From positions 1-64,000 of IMG/VR virus record IMGVR_UViG_3300028888_000059: DNA of 64,000 nt. One strand, given 5' to 3'. The position numbers and the translations under genes are program-made. The notes below the pieces were generated by a model, which made no database searches, was not told the origin of the DNA, and saw only the letters and a program-made list of their open reading frames with translations. This DNA is from a virus. Taxonomy: Duplodnaviria > Caudoviricetes. Of the stretch, positions 1-11,889 are shown one piece after another. The stretch's first letter is position 1, and every line of letters begins with the position of its first letter.

Positions 1-25
1 TTAATATATTTCTTTTATCTCAAAA

Positions 26-69
26 TCTATTTTTTTAAAAATTACTGACGTAATTTTTAAAAAAATAGA
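26..69. repeat. Perfect 20-bp inverted repeat with 4-nt loop
   Basis: TCTATTTTTTTAAAAATTAC-tgac-GTAATTTTTAAAAAAATAGA read directly. Confidence 0.9.
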
Positions 70-470
70 ACACTTTAAATTATATTTTTAAATATTAAAT
101 ATATAATATTAATTAATTTAAATATAATATATATTATATTTAAATATATATTAATTAATATATTAATTAATTAATATTAAATAGGAAGTAAAATTTTTCT
201 TCGATGGATGGAGAAATTTTTTTGGAATCTGAGTATATTTTTTCTTTTTGATAACTACAATTATAAAAATTTTTTATGTAAAAATGTGATTAAAAAATAT
301 GGAAAAATGTGGTATCATTTTATTGAATTTTATATAGAAAAATGTTTCCTGAATTATTAAAATTAGATTAAAAATTGATTAAAATTCTATATGGAAAAAT
401 GTTATCTACCATAAAAAATTTTTATGACCTTATCAATTTATTATAAAAAATTTTTATATATCAGCAATTT

Positions 471-615
471 TTTTGTTAACAAATTATTAACATTTTATAA
501 GAATTTTATTAACATTTTGTTAACATTTTATTAACGTTTTATTAACGTTTTATTAACGTTTTATTAACAAAATATAAGAAATTTGTTAACGTTTTATTAA
601 CAAAATGTTAACAAA
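471..615. repeat. 11-bp-period tandem array (TTTTRTTAACR)
   Basis: TTAAC at 476,487,509,520,531,542,553,564,586,597,608; TAAGA fills the two remaining in-phase slots (498,575). Confidence 0.9.
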
Positions 616-1368
616 TTAAATAATTTTTCAATCACTATTCTGTAATCATATGAAATTTATCTTTAGGATTAAGATAAATGAATCCCCCACCATCAACATC
701 AAACTTCAATTGTCCAAAAGGTGAAATTTCTGTAATGGTTCCAACAAGACCCTTTGCGAAATCACCGTAATTATATTGTTCATCGAGAACAATCCTCTTT
801 CCAACATATCGTTTTTCCAGTTCTTTTATATGTTTATTAGTTATCATCATCCACCTCCTTATATATTCTCAAACTCAAACAGAACATCAGTATTATATTC
901 ATTACGTAAAGTTTCTGCGATATTTTCCAATACCAAACCAAGATTTTCCTGTTTTACATTATATTTTAATAATCCTTCACGCCAATGATAACGGATATCT
1001 GGTGTTTCCACTCTATATGTGCCATCAATAAATTTTTTAATATAAAAGAACAGTTTTTCGTTTTTCATAATAATATCCTTGTTTATTTATATATCTATTA
1101 TATCATCATTCTTTTTCATTGTCAATATGACATTTATCCTGTCTCATTTGTTCTTCTATTATCTCCCTTTCATTAGGGAAAATGAAATCAAATGGAGCAT
1201 TATTGCCTTTATTCCGTTCTTCAACAACATAATTTATTGCCCATCTTGTTACAATATCTTTTGTCATAGTTGTTCTTACCTTAATTTCAATTAATTCCAT
1301 TTGTATATCATATAATAAAAAAACAATATATATACATACAATTAATACTATTCCAAGTAATCCGTATA

Positions 1369-1719
1369 TCATTCTTCCTCCTCCTCTTCACCGTTTTCTA
1401 ATTCGTCAAAATCAAAATCATCTGCACTCATATTATTTATATATAAATGTGAATCATATCCATTTACATAATAGGCTACATCAATATCCTCATATTTTTC
1501 CATCAAAATATTTCTTGTGCTATTGAACATACATTCTATTAACCCATTTGTTATATTTCTTTCATAACCTAATTGCATATCGTAAAAATAATCCAAAGCG
1601 TCATCCATCATATCGTTATACCTACTTTCCATTCCAGATTTATATAAAACGATTTGACAAATTTCATTTGCTCTGGTTATGTCACCTTCATATATCCCAA
1701 GATAATTCAAGACATTCAT
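1369..1719 (-). CDS. Hypothetical protein (paralog of 2506..2859)
   Basis: ORF with RBS; shares xLxIY...ITxxxIxxMF...LxxKY pattern with 2506..2859. Confidence 0.7.
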   Translation of the reverse strand: MNVLNYLGIYEGDITRANEICQIVLYKSGMESRYNDMMDDALDYFYDMQLGYERNITNGLIECMFNSTRNILMEKYEDIDVAYYVNGYDSHLYINNMSADDFDFDELENGEEEEEE

Positions 1720-2505
1720 TTTTATCTCCTTTGTTCAATATAACTACAAATAATATTATCAATATCCTCTTTTTCTACACCATTATCCTTACCGAATTTA
1801 TATAACCATTTCAATTCATCTTTCAAATGCTCTTCAATTTCTTCTTTTACATTTTGATAATTTTTTTCTTTTTCTAATAAAGATTCATCTGATTTTTCTT
1901 TATAATTATTTTTGTGCATTATTACCTCTATTATAAATATAATCATCTATAACATCATATTCTTCTTGTTCTTTTTCAAATTTTATAAATTCACCAATTT
2001 TATATAAAAAAGTGTTTTTCATATTTTCATTATAATTATTCTTACACATCATTATCTCCTTTATTTATATATCTATTATATAACTATTTTACAGATTAAT
2101 CAATATGATAAATATCATATTTTTCAAGTTTAATTGCATGGTTTCAAAGGTTTAATTGCACATTCCAGAATATTGCCACCGTAACCATATCCATTATTAT
2201 AATTCATTTCCACAATATAAAAATACCTAACTTTAATATATTTATGCTTATTATGATAATCATTATATAAAAATGTTTTTGCAAGTGGACGATAAACTTT
2301 ATTAAAGACATTTTGTGCGGTTTTAATTTCTTTAAATTTTTTAAGAAATTTACATTTAAAACAGCTTCCTTTTTTATCAAGCTCGTCAACATTTAATCCT
2401 TGCGGATAATTTCCGTAAATTTTAAATGTTTCTTCTATAATTTGAAATCTTTTCATGATTTTCCCCTATTTATTTTATATTCTTATTATAAGTCAACTTT
2501 TCAAA

Positions 2506-2859
2506 TTAATCAATATGACATTTATTATATTTTTCAAAAAATTTTACACTATTTATTCCATTAACTTTAATTTCAGGATTAGATGTATATACATCAAGAT
2601 TGACAAGCACATTAGGATATTTATCCAATATAAGATTTGCCACTTTAATAAACATCCAGAAGATGATATTATCCGTTATTGTCGTACCCTGATTCATAGA
2701 TGTACAATATACCATATCATATATATCGTCATATAATTCATCTATTTCTTCATCAGATACACCCATCATTTCGAGTGTTTGCATACAAGCTATATCAGCT
2801 TTTTCAATTTTTTCAGGATAAATATCCAAAAATCTCATAATATTTGATTCCATGATCAT
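2506..2859 (-). CDS. Hypothetical protein (paralog of 1369..1719)
   Basis: ORF whose C-terminus KCHID is encoded by the downstream palindrome/-35. Confidence 0.7.
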   Translation of the reverse strand: MIMESNIMRFLDIYPEKIEKADIACMQTLEMMGVSDEEIDELYDDIYDMVYCTSMNQGTTITDNIIFWMFIKVANLILDKYPNVLVNLDVYTSNPEIKVNGINSVKFFEKYNKCHID

Positions 2860-2870
2860 TCCTTAATCAA

Positions 2871-3239
2871 TTATAAAAATTTATTCGTTACATCACGAAA
2901 ACCAATACCATCAACATAATAGGCTTTCTTTATCCCCTTCCTATCGAGGACAATAATATCACTCACGCTCATTGAACGTCCACAAAAATCCTCTGGGTGC
3001 TCAATATTGAAAATATAAAACAAATAATTAAGCATTTGTATATCTGATTCTATTTTATGTTCTTCCATTAATCCATTGGTTATATATCCTAAATATACCA
3101 AATTATAATCATCGGGATAAATGTCATATCCAGACTCGCTCATCAAGTCATAATCCAAGAATGGCATTCCTTTAGGTTTCTTTGTTACAAGTTCCATCTG
3201 CCAAATTTGATAATAATAAACAATTTCATCTTTTTTCAT
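2871..3239 (-). CDS. YodL-domain protein
   Basis: YYQI...Y-LVY-G...LFYIFNIEHPEDFCGRSMSVSDIIVL...AYYVDGIGF matches the YodL family signature. Confidence 0.8.
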   Translation of the reverse strand: MKKDEIVYYYQIWQMELVTKKPKGMPFLDYDLMSESGYDIYPDDYNLVYLGYITNGLMEEHKIESDIQMLNYLFYIFNIEHPEDFCGRSMSVSDIIVLDRKGIKKAYYVDGIGFRDVTNKFL

Positions 3240-3477
3240 CGCTCATCTCCCGTCTTTTCTATTTTATGTTCACACAACGCTTTTACCATTCCTGTTCTAA
3301 ATCCTATTTCAAATACTTCTTTAGGTGTCATATTTGCATTACCGAAATATAAAGCATAATAATCATCTATATACTTTTTTATTTCTTCTTCTTTGAAAAT
3401 AGCTTCCATAATTTACCTCCTTGTTTATTATATATTTATTATACTTCTTTTCTCTATATAAATCAATGTGACAAATA

Positions 3478-3954
3478 TCACATTTCTATATTATCAATGG
3501 TTACAAATAATGAAGAAATAATTCCAATCAATAAGCCTTCTTTATCTGTTACAAATACTACCCAATTATTATTTGATATAAGAAATTTACATCCTTGTTT
3601 GAATGTTTGATAATATTTTTCCTCTATTACTTTATTCCAGTCTCCGTTTTTTAATAATACACATTTTTTAGAATTTGCTTTACAATTTTCTATTGTTTCA
3701 GCCTTCCAATAGTCATATTTATCTAAAAAATCGTGAACCAATTTATTTGCCAATTCTCTAATATTGATTCTTTCCTTTTCTGGTACTTCTGTTTCTTCAC
3801 GTAAATATCTATCTTCTTCAAAAAATTCTGCATTATGGTCTATCCATATACAATATCCATTACTTATAAAATATTTATTATCTTCATATTGTACAATATT
3901 ATTATTTGATTTTTTCAATATATTTTCAATTTTTGTTTTATTCAAGTATGACAT
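3478..3954 (-). CDS. Hypothetical protein
   Basis: 158-aa ORF; its TGA stop lies inside the palindrome at 3468-3481. Confidence 0.7.
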   Translation of the reverse strand: MSYLNKTKIENILKKSNNNIVQYEDNKYFISNGYCIWIDHNAEFFEEDRYLREETEVPEKERINIRELANKLVHDFLDKYDYWKAETIENCKANSKKCVLLKNGDWNKVIEEKYYQTFKQGCKFLISNNNWVVFVTDKEGLLIGIISSLFVTIDNIEM

Positions 3955-3958
3955 AATT

Positions 3959-4387
3959 TTACCTCATATTTACATTATTATCACGTATGTATTTCTCAAT
4001 TGCTAAATTCCAATTACTACAATTATTTCTATAATTTTCTATAATTTCATCTGTATTGAACATAGCTTGCAATATTCCAGCTTGTTTATAGTTTATATCA
4101 TCTGTACCAAACACATATTTTGCTATTGCATTTTCACATTCTTCACGTAATATATCTTTTTTTATATTATTATATGATTTATATTTTTGCGAAAATAAGA
4201 AATCTGCTTCTTCTCTTGTAAGCATTGTATATGCGTGAGTTGTAATATTATCATATGTTTCAAATACAGCATAATCATCACCATTACTCCCCATATTACT
4301 ACCCATACATAATGACTTTTCATTATCCGTGTATGCCATGATAATTTTATAACCGCATTTATAATCACCAATATTAAAATGTTCCAT
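3959..4387 (-). CDS. Hypothetical protein (N-terminal half paralogous to 13607..13837)
   Basis: FNIGDY..GYKIIM.Y.D.EKSLC.G...YAVF.T....AYTMLT shared. Confidence 0.75.
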   Translation of the reverse strand: MEHFNIGDYKCGYKIIMAYTDNEKSLCMGSNMGSNGDDYAVFETYDNITTHAYTMLTREEADFLFSQKYKSYNNIKKDILREECENAIAKYVFGTDDINYKQAGILQAMFNTDEIIENYRNNCSNWNLAIEKYIRDNNVNMR

Positions 4388-5238
4388 TATTCCTCCATTT
4401 TTGCTATATATATTTTTCTTTCAAAAATTCCAATATAATGACATTCCCCTGATTCAAGTTGTTTTTTTGCTATTTTCAATGCTTGTTCTTTATCACCATA
4501 ACAATATATTGTAAACAATATATCCCCACATTGATTATATCCAACTATATCATACTTCGCTTCTGTTTCTATTAATTTAATTCCATCCATATTCGCTTCT
4601 TTTGTTTATAAATCTATTATATATCATTTTTATTTAATAATCAACATGACATTCATCATAATCTTTCTATATAAATATTTTTCTTCTCAATATATTCATT
4701 ATTAATATACAAAATCAGGTTCTATTTCATACCACACATCATCACAATCTAAATCATCATAATCATTTTTAGATAATATATATGCTGTTGTCTTTGCTTC
4801 CTTTTCACCATCTTCATAACCGACAATTTCTTTTGTATATCGAACTATTGCATATCGTACCATTTTCACCTCCGTTATTTATAAACCTATTTTACATTAT
4901 AATTTATTTTTAATCAATATGACATTCTTCTTAATCAATGATAAATGTTTCTTCTTTATTTCTATCGTAAACTTCTATTTTGTCATTCATATCCATATTA
5001 AATTCATTTATATATTCTTTTATATATTTTTTATATCCATCTCTCTTATATTCATATGATTTTGTTTCATATTTTTCAGAATATATGAATAAATAAGTGG
5101 CTAATACTTCACCTTTATAACAACATTGTATTTTCCATGTTTCTAATTTTATCATCGTAACCTCCTTTATTTATAAATCTATTTTACATTATCTTTTTTC
5201 ACCCGTCAAGATGATATTTGTCACACGTTCATTAAGAA

Positions 5239-5285
5239 TTATACTCAGATTATCTATTCCAGACTCGATTATTATCTGAGTATAA
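5239..5285. repeat. TATACTCAG/CTGAGTATA inverted-repeat element, copy 1 (27-nt spacer)
   Basis: ttatactcag 5239-5248; ctgagtataa 5276-5285. Confidence 0.9.
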
Positions 5286-5294
5286 AATTTATAC

Positions 5295-5328
5295 AAAAAA
5301 AATATAGGTTATAATCACCTATATTTTT
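5295..5328 (-). terminator. Intrinsic terminator
   Basis: aaaaatataggt/acctatattttt hairpin with A-run (U-tract on minus) at the stop of 5327..5560. Confidence 0.7.
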
Positions 5329-7720
5329 AAAACCCTATTCTTTCCTTAAAATCCTCAAGTGATTCCTCTTCTGTCATCATATATCGCCCAAGATAATAAT
5401 AATTATTATTATCAGGGTCAAATAGCCATGTAGCCCATTCAAAACTGCCATTTCCCCATTTTTTATATCCCCTTGCAACTCCGAATAGTTTTTCTCCTTT
5501 CATTGTTTCATATTTATCCGTTACGATATATTCAGTTCCTTTTATCTTTCCTAATCCCATTTTATACCTCCCAATCTGCTGAATATGTATATATTCCTTT
5601 CAATTTCAATGGAACATCAGTTTTTTGAATAAATTCATCTCCATCTTTATCAGTTTTTATCACAGCAGTATATTCTTCTTCCCCATTTGTTACGTGTAAT
5701 TTTTTCCCCGTTCTATTCAATACAGTGATATTGCCAATACTCCTATTTGCACATTCATATTTTTTACCAACTTTAAATTTCTGATTCATATTACCTCCAA
5801 ATTCCATTTTTTACTTTATTATCATATTCTTCTAATGCAACTTGCAAGCACTCTTTCATTGTGCTAATAGTTTCTAAAGAATTGTTATTAAAACGTTCTT
5901 CTTCTTGTCGCATTAGATACAAAATATCACTGATTACAACATCTTTTTTGAAATTCTTAATACAAGTATTTGCCCATTCTTCTGTGTCTTTCATGGCATT
6001 GTAGAAATCATCATGACACATACCACCCTTTGAATAAATATTGCCAATATCTTCATCTTTTTTCCACCTGTCATTTATTCTATAAAGCGTTTCAAGCAAT
6101 TTATTCAACAAATCAATTTGTATATTACAACGTTCACGATAGTCCATTCTTACCTCCCAATTGCAGTATTTGTATAGCGATATTCATTGTCCTTTATGAA
6201 ACAATATAGATAAAATCTTGTAACGCTTTTCGATATCCTTCTTTGAAATAAGGGTTGTCATTATCTCTATATTCCATTTTGTCAGGGTTTTTTTCAAGAT
6301 AATCTTGAATCATTTTTACTACTTCGTCCATTGATTTGCTATATTTTTTGTTTTCCATTTTTGCCTCCGTTGTTTTTTATTTATATATCTATTTTATCAT
6401 TTATTTTTATAAATGTCAATGTGACATTTATCACTTTGATTGTTTTTTTATTATTTCTTTTTCATATTCTCTTCCAGCATGCCATCCTTCACTGAAAGAA
6501 ATATTATCTTCGTCAGCAAACAAATATACTAATAAGATTGCAAATGCCATAAAACAAAAACCAATAATAATACCAAGAAGCATAGAACCAAGATGAATTG
6601 TGACTGACATTTTACCTCCTATACTAAAAAATATGTTTATTTTATCATTTATTTTTGCAAAAGTCAATATGACATTAATCATATTTCTGCTTCATTAAAT
6701 ATTTGTATAACGGTATTCGCCATTCATTTCAACAATATCATATTTTTTTTCATCAGCACCATAGGCATAATGAAGATACTTCCATTTGTCTGTATAATAT
6801 GCTTCTGGTGATAACCATTCAAGAAATCCATATCTTCTAAACCACATCTTTTTCATTTTTATCTCCTTTTATTTTTTATTTATATATTTATTTTACCTTA
6901 TAATTTGATTTTGGTCAATATGACGAATGTCACTATTTTATTCTATATTCTATCCAAAACACGAGTTGAATTTCATTGTTTTTCAATAATTTTTTAACCT
7001 CATTAACTGTATATTTTCCATTGACAAGGTTAAAATTTTTATCTCGAATATCCATATATTCTCGTGCAATATAATTCCATACCATATATACTTTATTATC
7101 TTCATTTACCATTAAACAATATTTATATCCTGTTCGATAAGGTTTTGTAAAATGAGTTTTGCTTGAAACTATCATTTTTAAATCTCCTTTAACTCATAAC
7201 AATAATAATACACACCCTTATATTCAAAACAATATTTTGCACCCCATTTCAAAATCACATCTTTTGGTTTTTTAATAATTTTACATCCATTATATTTTTC
7301 ATTTTTATCTATAATTTTCTGTAATAATTCTTTTTCATTATTAGCTTTACAATAACAAAAAATATAATTATAATAAGCAATATCGGTGTTGGTAAAAGCA
7401 AAATCTTTCATGGTTTTATCCTAAAAATTTACTTCGTAGTCATGCGATTCACGAATAATTACATGCGCATATTTTTTAGCTTCAAGTAATTCCTTTGCTT
7501 TTTCTTCAGCAAAATTCTCATAAGAATAGCAATATGATGTATCTACAATATTCCAATCTTTATCATATGCCAACACTTCAAAATAATTCATATCAATATC
7601 CACTTTTTTCATGATATTATCTCCTTTATTTTGTTATGTTTACATTATATCAAATCATCTACGAAAAATCAATGTGACATTCGTCATATGTTTGTCACTT
7701 TTTGAATTATTGACAAACAT

Positions 7721-7759
7721 TTATACTCAGATACATTTATGATATATGCCTGAGTATAA
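7721..7759. repeat. Inverted-repeat element, copy 2 (19-nt spacer)
   Basis: ttatactcag 7721-7730; ctgagtataa 7750-7759; preceded by atgtttgtca...tgacaaacat inverted repeat; terminator-like hairpin at 7771-7812. Confidence 0.9.
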
Positions 7760-8218
7760 AATATAAATATAAAAAATAACACGTAATATATTTCTTATTA
7801 CGCATTATTTTAATATTTATTATGTAATATATTACTTATTAATCATATGTTTTATCTAAATATTCATATATATAAACAATAGCATCCCATTCATCAATCC
7901 CAGATACTTCTGCTTCTTTGAGAATTTCTTTGATTTTTCCTTCTATTGTGTACATTAAGATACTACGTTTTCTTTGCTCAATTTGATATTGTGCTATTAA
8001 TTTCTGACTAATTTCAATATGTTTATCAATTGTTTTTAAAATACCTGTAATTGTTTCGTCTTCTGGATATAAATATCCGTCAGAAGGCAATTTAAGTGTT
8101 AATATATCATATCCTCTTTTTTTAAATTCAAGTTCTTTGGGCCAAACTCCATCTTTTAACTTTTCTTTTATTTTATATAAAAAATCCAAATCTTTTTTTA
8201 ATGTTTTTATTGATTCCA

Positions 8219-8683
8219 TTATAACCTCCAGCAATTATCTTTTATATAATTACAAACTTCATAAGAACTGAATCCATAATCTTCTGCAAATTTTGTCAAC
8301 TCTTCCATTGCTCTATCAACTTCATCAAATACATAATCTATATATTTTAATTTTTTTTCATAATTATCAATATATTCTTCATACGTTTTAATTCTATTTA
8401 AAATTTTATTAAAAACAATATCTACCGTATTTCCATCCTCAATATCAATAGAATTATGCGTATATCCACCATCCCCATAACGATAACTTACACTGATTTG
8501 TAATTCATGTGCCCAATTATAAGGTTTTGTTATATTAGCATTGATAAAATTTTTACCAAAATTTGCAAAATCAGTTCCATCTTTTTTTGAAACACGTTTT
8601 ACTTTTGACCATGCTTCAATGACGTTTCTATATGATTTTATATTAATTTCATATTCTTTTTTGATATCTTCTTTATTCTTCAT
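8219..8683 (-). CDS. Hypothetical protein
   Basis: 154-aa ORF with GGAG RBS downstream of the promoter at about 8720-8762. Confidence 0.7.
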   Translation of the reverse strand: MKNKEDIKKEYEINIKSYRNVIEAWSKVKRVSKKDGTDFANFGKNFINANITKPYNWAHELQISVSYRYGDGGYTHNSIDIEDGNTVDIVFNKILNRIKTYEEYIDNYEKKLKYIDYVFDEVDRAMEELTKFAEDYGFSSYEVCNYIKDNCWRL

Positions 8684-10055
8684 GATATTTATCTCCTTTG
8701 TTTTTTATTCATATGTTTATTTTATCTTATAATTTAATTTTAGTCAATGTGTCAAATGTCATGTTTATCTATACCAATATTCCGCTATTGCACAATCAAG
8801 TTCAATACTATCGAGCGGTTCTTCTGATTCGTCATCTCTTTCAGTTCTTTCAAAGACGACCATTGTATAATCCAAAAATTCGTTATTATATTCATTTTCT
8901 TCTGTTTCTGCCATATCCATCCATTTATTATTCCACAAATGCCGAGCAATAGGACCATCTTTATAACAGGCTATATGTTCCCATGAACCATTATCCATTA
9001 ATAAATCACGAATATCATCTTCTGACAAATCACAATTAGGATTTTTACCTGTATAGGTCACTTTATAAACATCATAAGTAATCATTTTCCATCTCCTTGT
9101 TTTTTATTTATATACTTATTTTATATTATGTTGATGATGATGTCAATATGACAAATATCATTTTTTTCTCAATTCAAATATATAATCGCAACATTTATCT
9201 ATGCCATATACAGGAACATCAAGAGACAAAATATCATTATATTCAATAGTAGTATAATATCCTTCTTTCATCAAAAATACATATGCAGGACTGCCATATC
9301 CACGCTGACGGGGTCGTGAACATTCTCCAATCAATTTTCCATTAATAATTAATTTATTCATTTTTTACTCCTTTATTTATTATATATTTATTTTACCATA
9401 TAATTTTGAATAAGTTAATATGACATTAATCACTAATAAATCCAATATTCATTTGCTTCATGCCATGCTTCTTCTGTTAATTCTTCCAACTCTTCAAACC
9501 AATTGTTTATTTCCTTTATGTTTACAGGAAAATTGAATGTTTTGCTAAATTCTGCGTCACTTCCTTCCACAATACTACCAATAACCATTTCTTTATTATC
9601 CCAATATATCCAAGCACCACATGAAGTACCTTTATAAATTTCTCTCTCAATTTGATTAATATTTACGCCAAGATAATTTGCATAATCATTAATATTATTG
9701 ATGATGATTTCTTTTTCCATTTTCCCGCCATTTATATATTTATTTTACTTTATATTTCTTTATTTGTCTATATGACATTCATTACATTTCCAGTTGACTT
9801 AATACAAAATCATATGATTCTTTTGTTATCTCGTGTGTATTATCAGTAAAGAATATTTGTACTTCCTTTTCCCCATTACGAAATGTTCTCTCTTTTATTT
9901 CTTCAATTTTGTCAGTATTCACACAAATCCTATTACCTAAATCATCTGTTAATTTTATCCAACTCATATTTACCTCCATATCTTTTTTTGTTTATTTATA
10001 TATCTATTGTACGTCAAATAATAAAACAAGTCAATATGACATTTATCACTTCCTT

Positions 10056-10110
10056 ATAATTATTATACTCAGATATTTCTTTATATATTATCTCTGAGTA
10101 TAATAATTAT
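10056..10110. repeat. Inverted-repeat element, copy 3 (21-nt spacer, extended arms)
   Basis: ataattattatactcag ... ctgagtataataattat. Confidence 0.9.
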
Positions 10111-10111
10111 T

Positions 10112-10145
10112 AAAAAAATAAATCAGGTAGAAATACCTGATTTAT
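10112..10145 (-). terminator. Intrinsic terminator
   Basis: ataaatcaggta-gaaa-tacctgatttat hairpin plus A-run. Confidence 0.8.
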
Positions 10146-10150
10146 CATCT

Positions 10151-10729
10151 CTAATACCATTCATGATACATTTTTACTGCATATTCATCATCATTGATAC
10201 TTTGTTTATCCAATTCTCTTGATTCTAAATATTCATTGATTTCTTTCATAAGTTCATTATCAATTTTATGAAATCCACAGTTATAAACATCTCCATTATA
10301 TTCACTATAAATTAAATCTTGTAAATCATATTCTTTTCGCCAATATGCAAGTTCATCCCCTTTGAAAATCAATGTTTTATGGAATACTTTTTTCTCATAG
10401 TTATCCAATTCATCTTGAAAAATATTTATTTTTTTGTAATAATCCTTACAAGAAAACCCAATTGTATTATGACCAAAATAAGAGACATGTGCTTCTTTTT
10501 TGATTTCATAGTCCTCTTTAATCTTATCGTAATCAATTTCGCTATATTCTACATTTTTTTCAGCGGAATAAGCGTATATATCATGAAACATTTGTTCAAA
10601 ATCATTATCATCATCATAATGAGTAATAAGTCTATAACCATTTTTCTCATACCAAGTTTCTGGCATACCGTCAGGAATATCTTCACTTGAAATATCCTTA
10701 ATTCCATAAATCCACATATCAAGTCCCAT
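10151..10729 (-). CDS. Conserved phage hypothetical protein (MGLDM...YWRK type)
   Basis: MGLDMW start after AGGAG RBS; ELAYWRK and terminal YHEWY motifs typical of a widespread phage family. Confidence 0.7.
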   Translation of the reverse strand: MGLDMWIYGIKDISSEDIPDGMPETWYEKNGYRLITHYDDDNDFEQMFHDIYAYSAEKNVEYSEIDYDKIKEDYEIKKEAHVSYFGHNTIGFSCKDYYKKINIFQDELDNYEKKVFHKTLIFKGDELAYWRKEYDLQDLIYSEYNGDVYNCGFHKIDNELMKEINEYLESRELDKQSINDDEYAVKMYHEWY

Positions 10730-11850
10730 AATTTTCTCCTTTAGCAAATTTTATCCAGCAAATTATAAACCTGTTCTAAGGTCTTATATTTTTCTTCTGC
10801 GTCTTCTGTTTCATATCTATATTTTCCATAGAAGTCAACAGCTTCTTCATATTCTTCTTTTGCTTCATTTTTCAAAGCTAAAACATTTTCTTTGAGTTCA
10901 TCAATGTCCATCATTTTTTCCTCCTTGTTTATTATATAATTATTATACAACCTTATTTATTATTTTTCAATATGACATTTGTCATGATTTATTCTTTTAC
11001 TGTAATACGATACAGATTATGTTCATTCCACAAATTATCATGACTTTTTTCATATTTTATTTGTGAAACTGCTTCATCATACGTTTCAAAACAGTGTATT
11101 AGTTCCCATTTATCTTCACAAGATTCCTTCAATATCTCGTTTTTTTCTACACAAAATTTATTTTTTGAATCAATTTTTACCCAATCATTAGGGTCAAACT
11201 GATTTACATTCCACATATCATGAAATCCTGACAAATATTTATCTCCACGATATGTTACAACTTCGCACACCATACCATCTACAATACTTTTAACAATGTC
11301 ACCCTTTTTTACTTCATTGAAACTTTTCATCTTTTCACCTCCTTTATTATGTATTTATTATAAACCTGTCATTCCATTATGTCAATATGACAAAAGTCAT
11401 ATTTATATTTCCCAATATTTTCCATCTTTTTCCATAATAATTTTACATTTACTTAATAAACTGATATCACCTGTTTCATGACATTTTTTAAAATAAATCT
11501 CATTCAATTGCTTTTGATGTTCATATTCTTTTTTTGTAATTTCTTTTCCAGTAATCGTCATTTTTCTACCTCACCGCTATATCCTTCTAAAAAATCCCAA
11601 TCAGGAACCAGCCTATACATAATTCGGAAATCATCTTCCACATCATATCTTTCTCTTAATTCATCTATTTTTCTTCTACACATCAACAAACTTTCAAAGG
11701 GATGACCAATAGCAAACCATTTATCTCCCTTACGCTCTTTTACCTGTATTTGATATTCATACTTCATCATTTACCTCCCTTATTTATAACACTATTATAT
11801 CATCCACTTTAAAATAAATCAACATGACATTTATCATATTTTATAAATAT

Positions 11851-11889
11851 ATATACTCAGAGCATGAATATCAAATCGACTGAGTATAA
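11851..11889. repeat. Inverted-repeat element, copy 4 (19-nt spacer)
   Basis: atatactcag 11851-11860; ctgagtataa 11880-11889; hairpin taatatatcggcaa/ttgccgatatatta follows at about 11902-11944. Confidence 0.9.
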
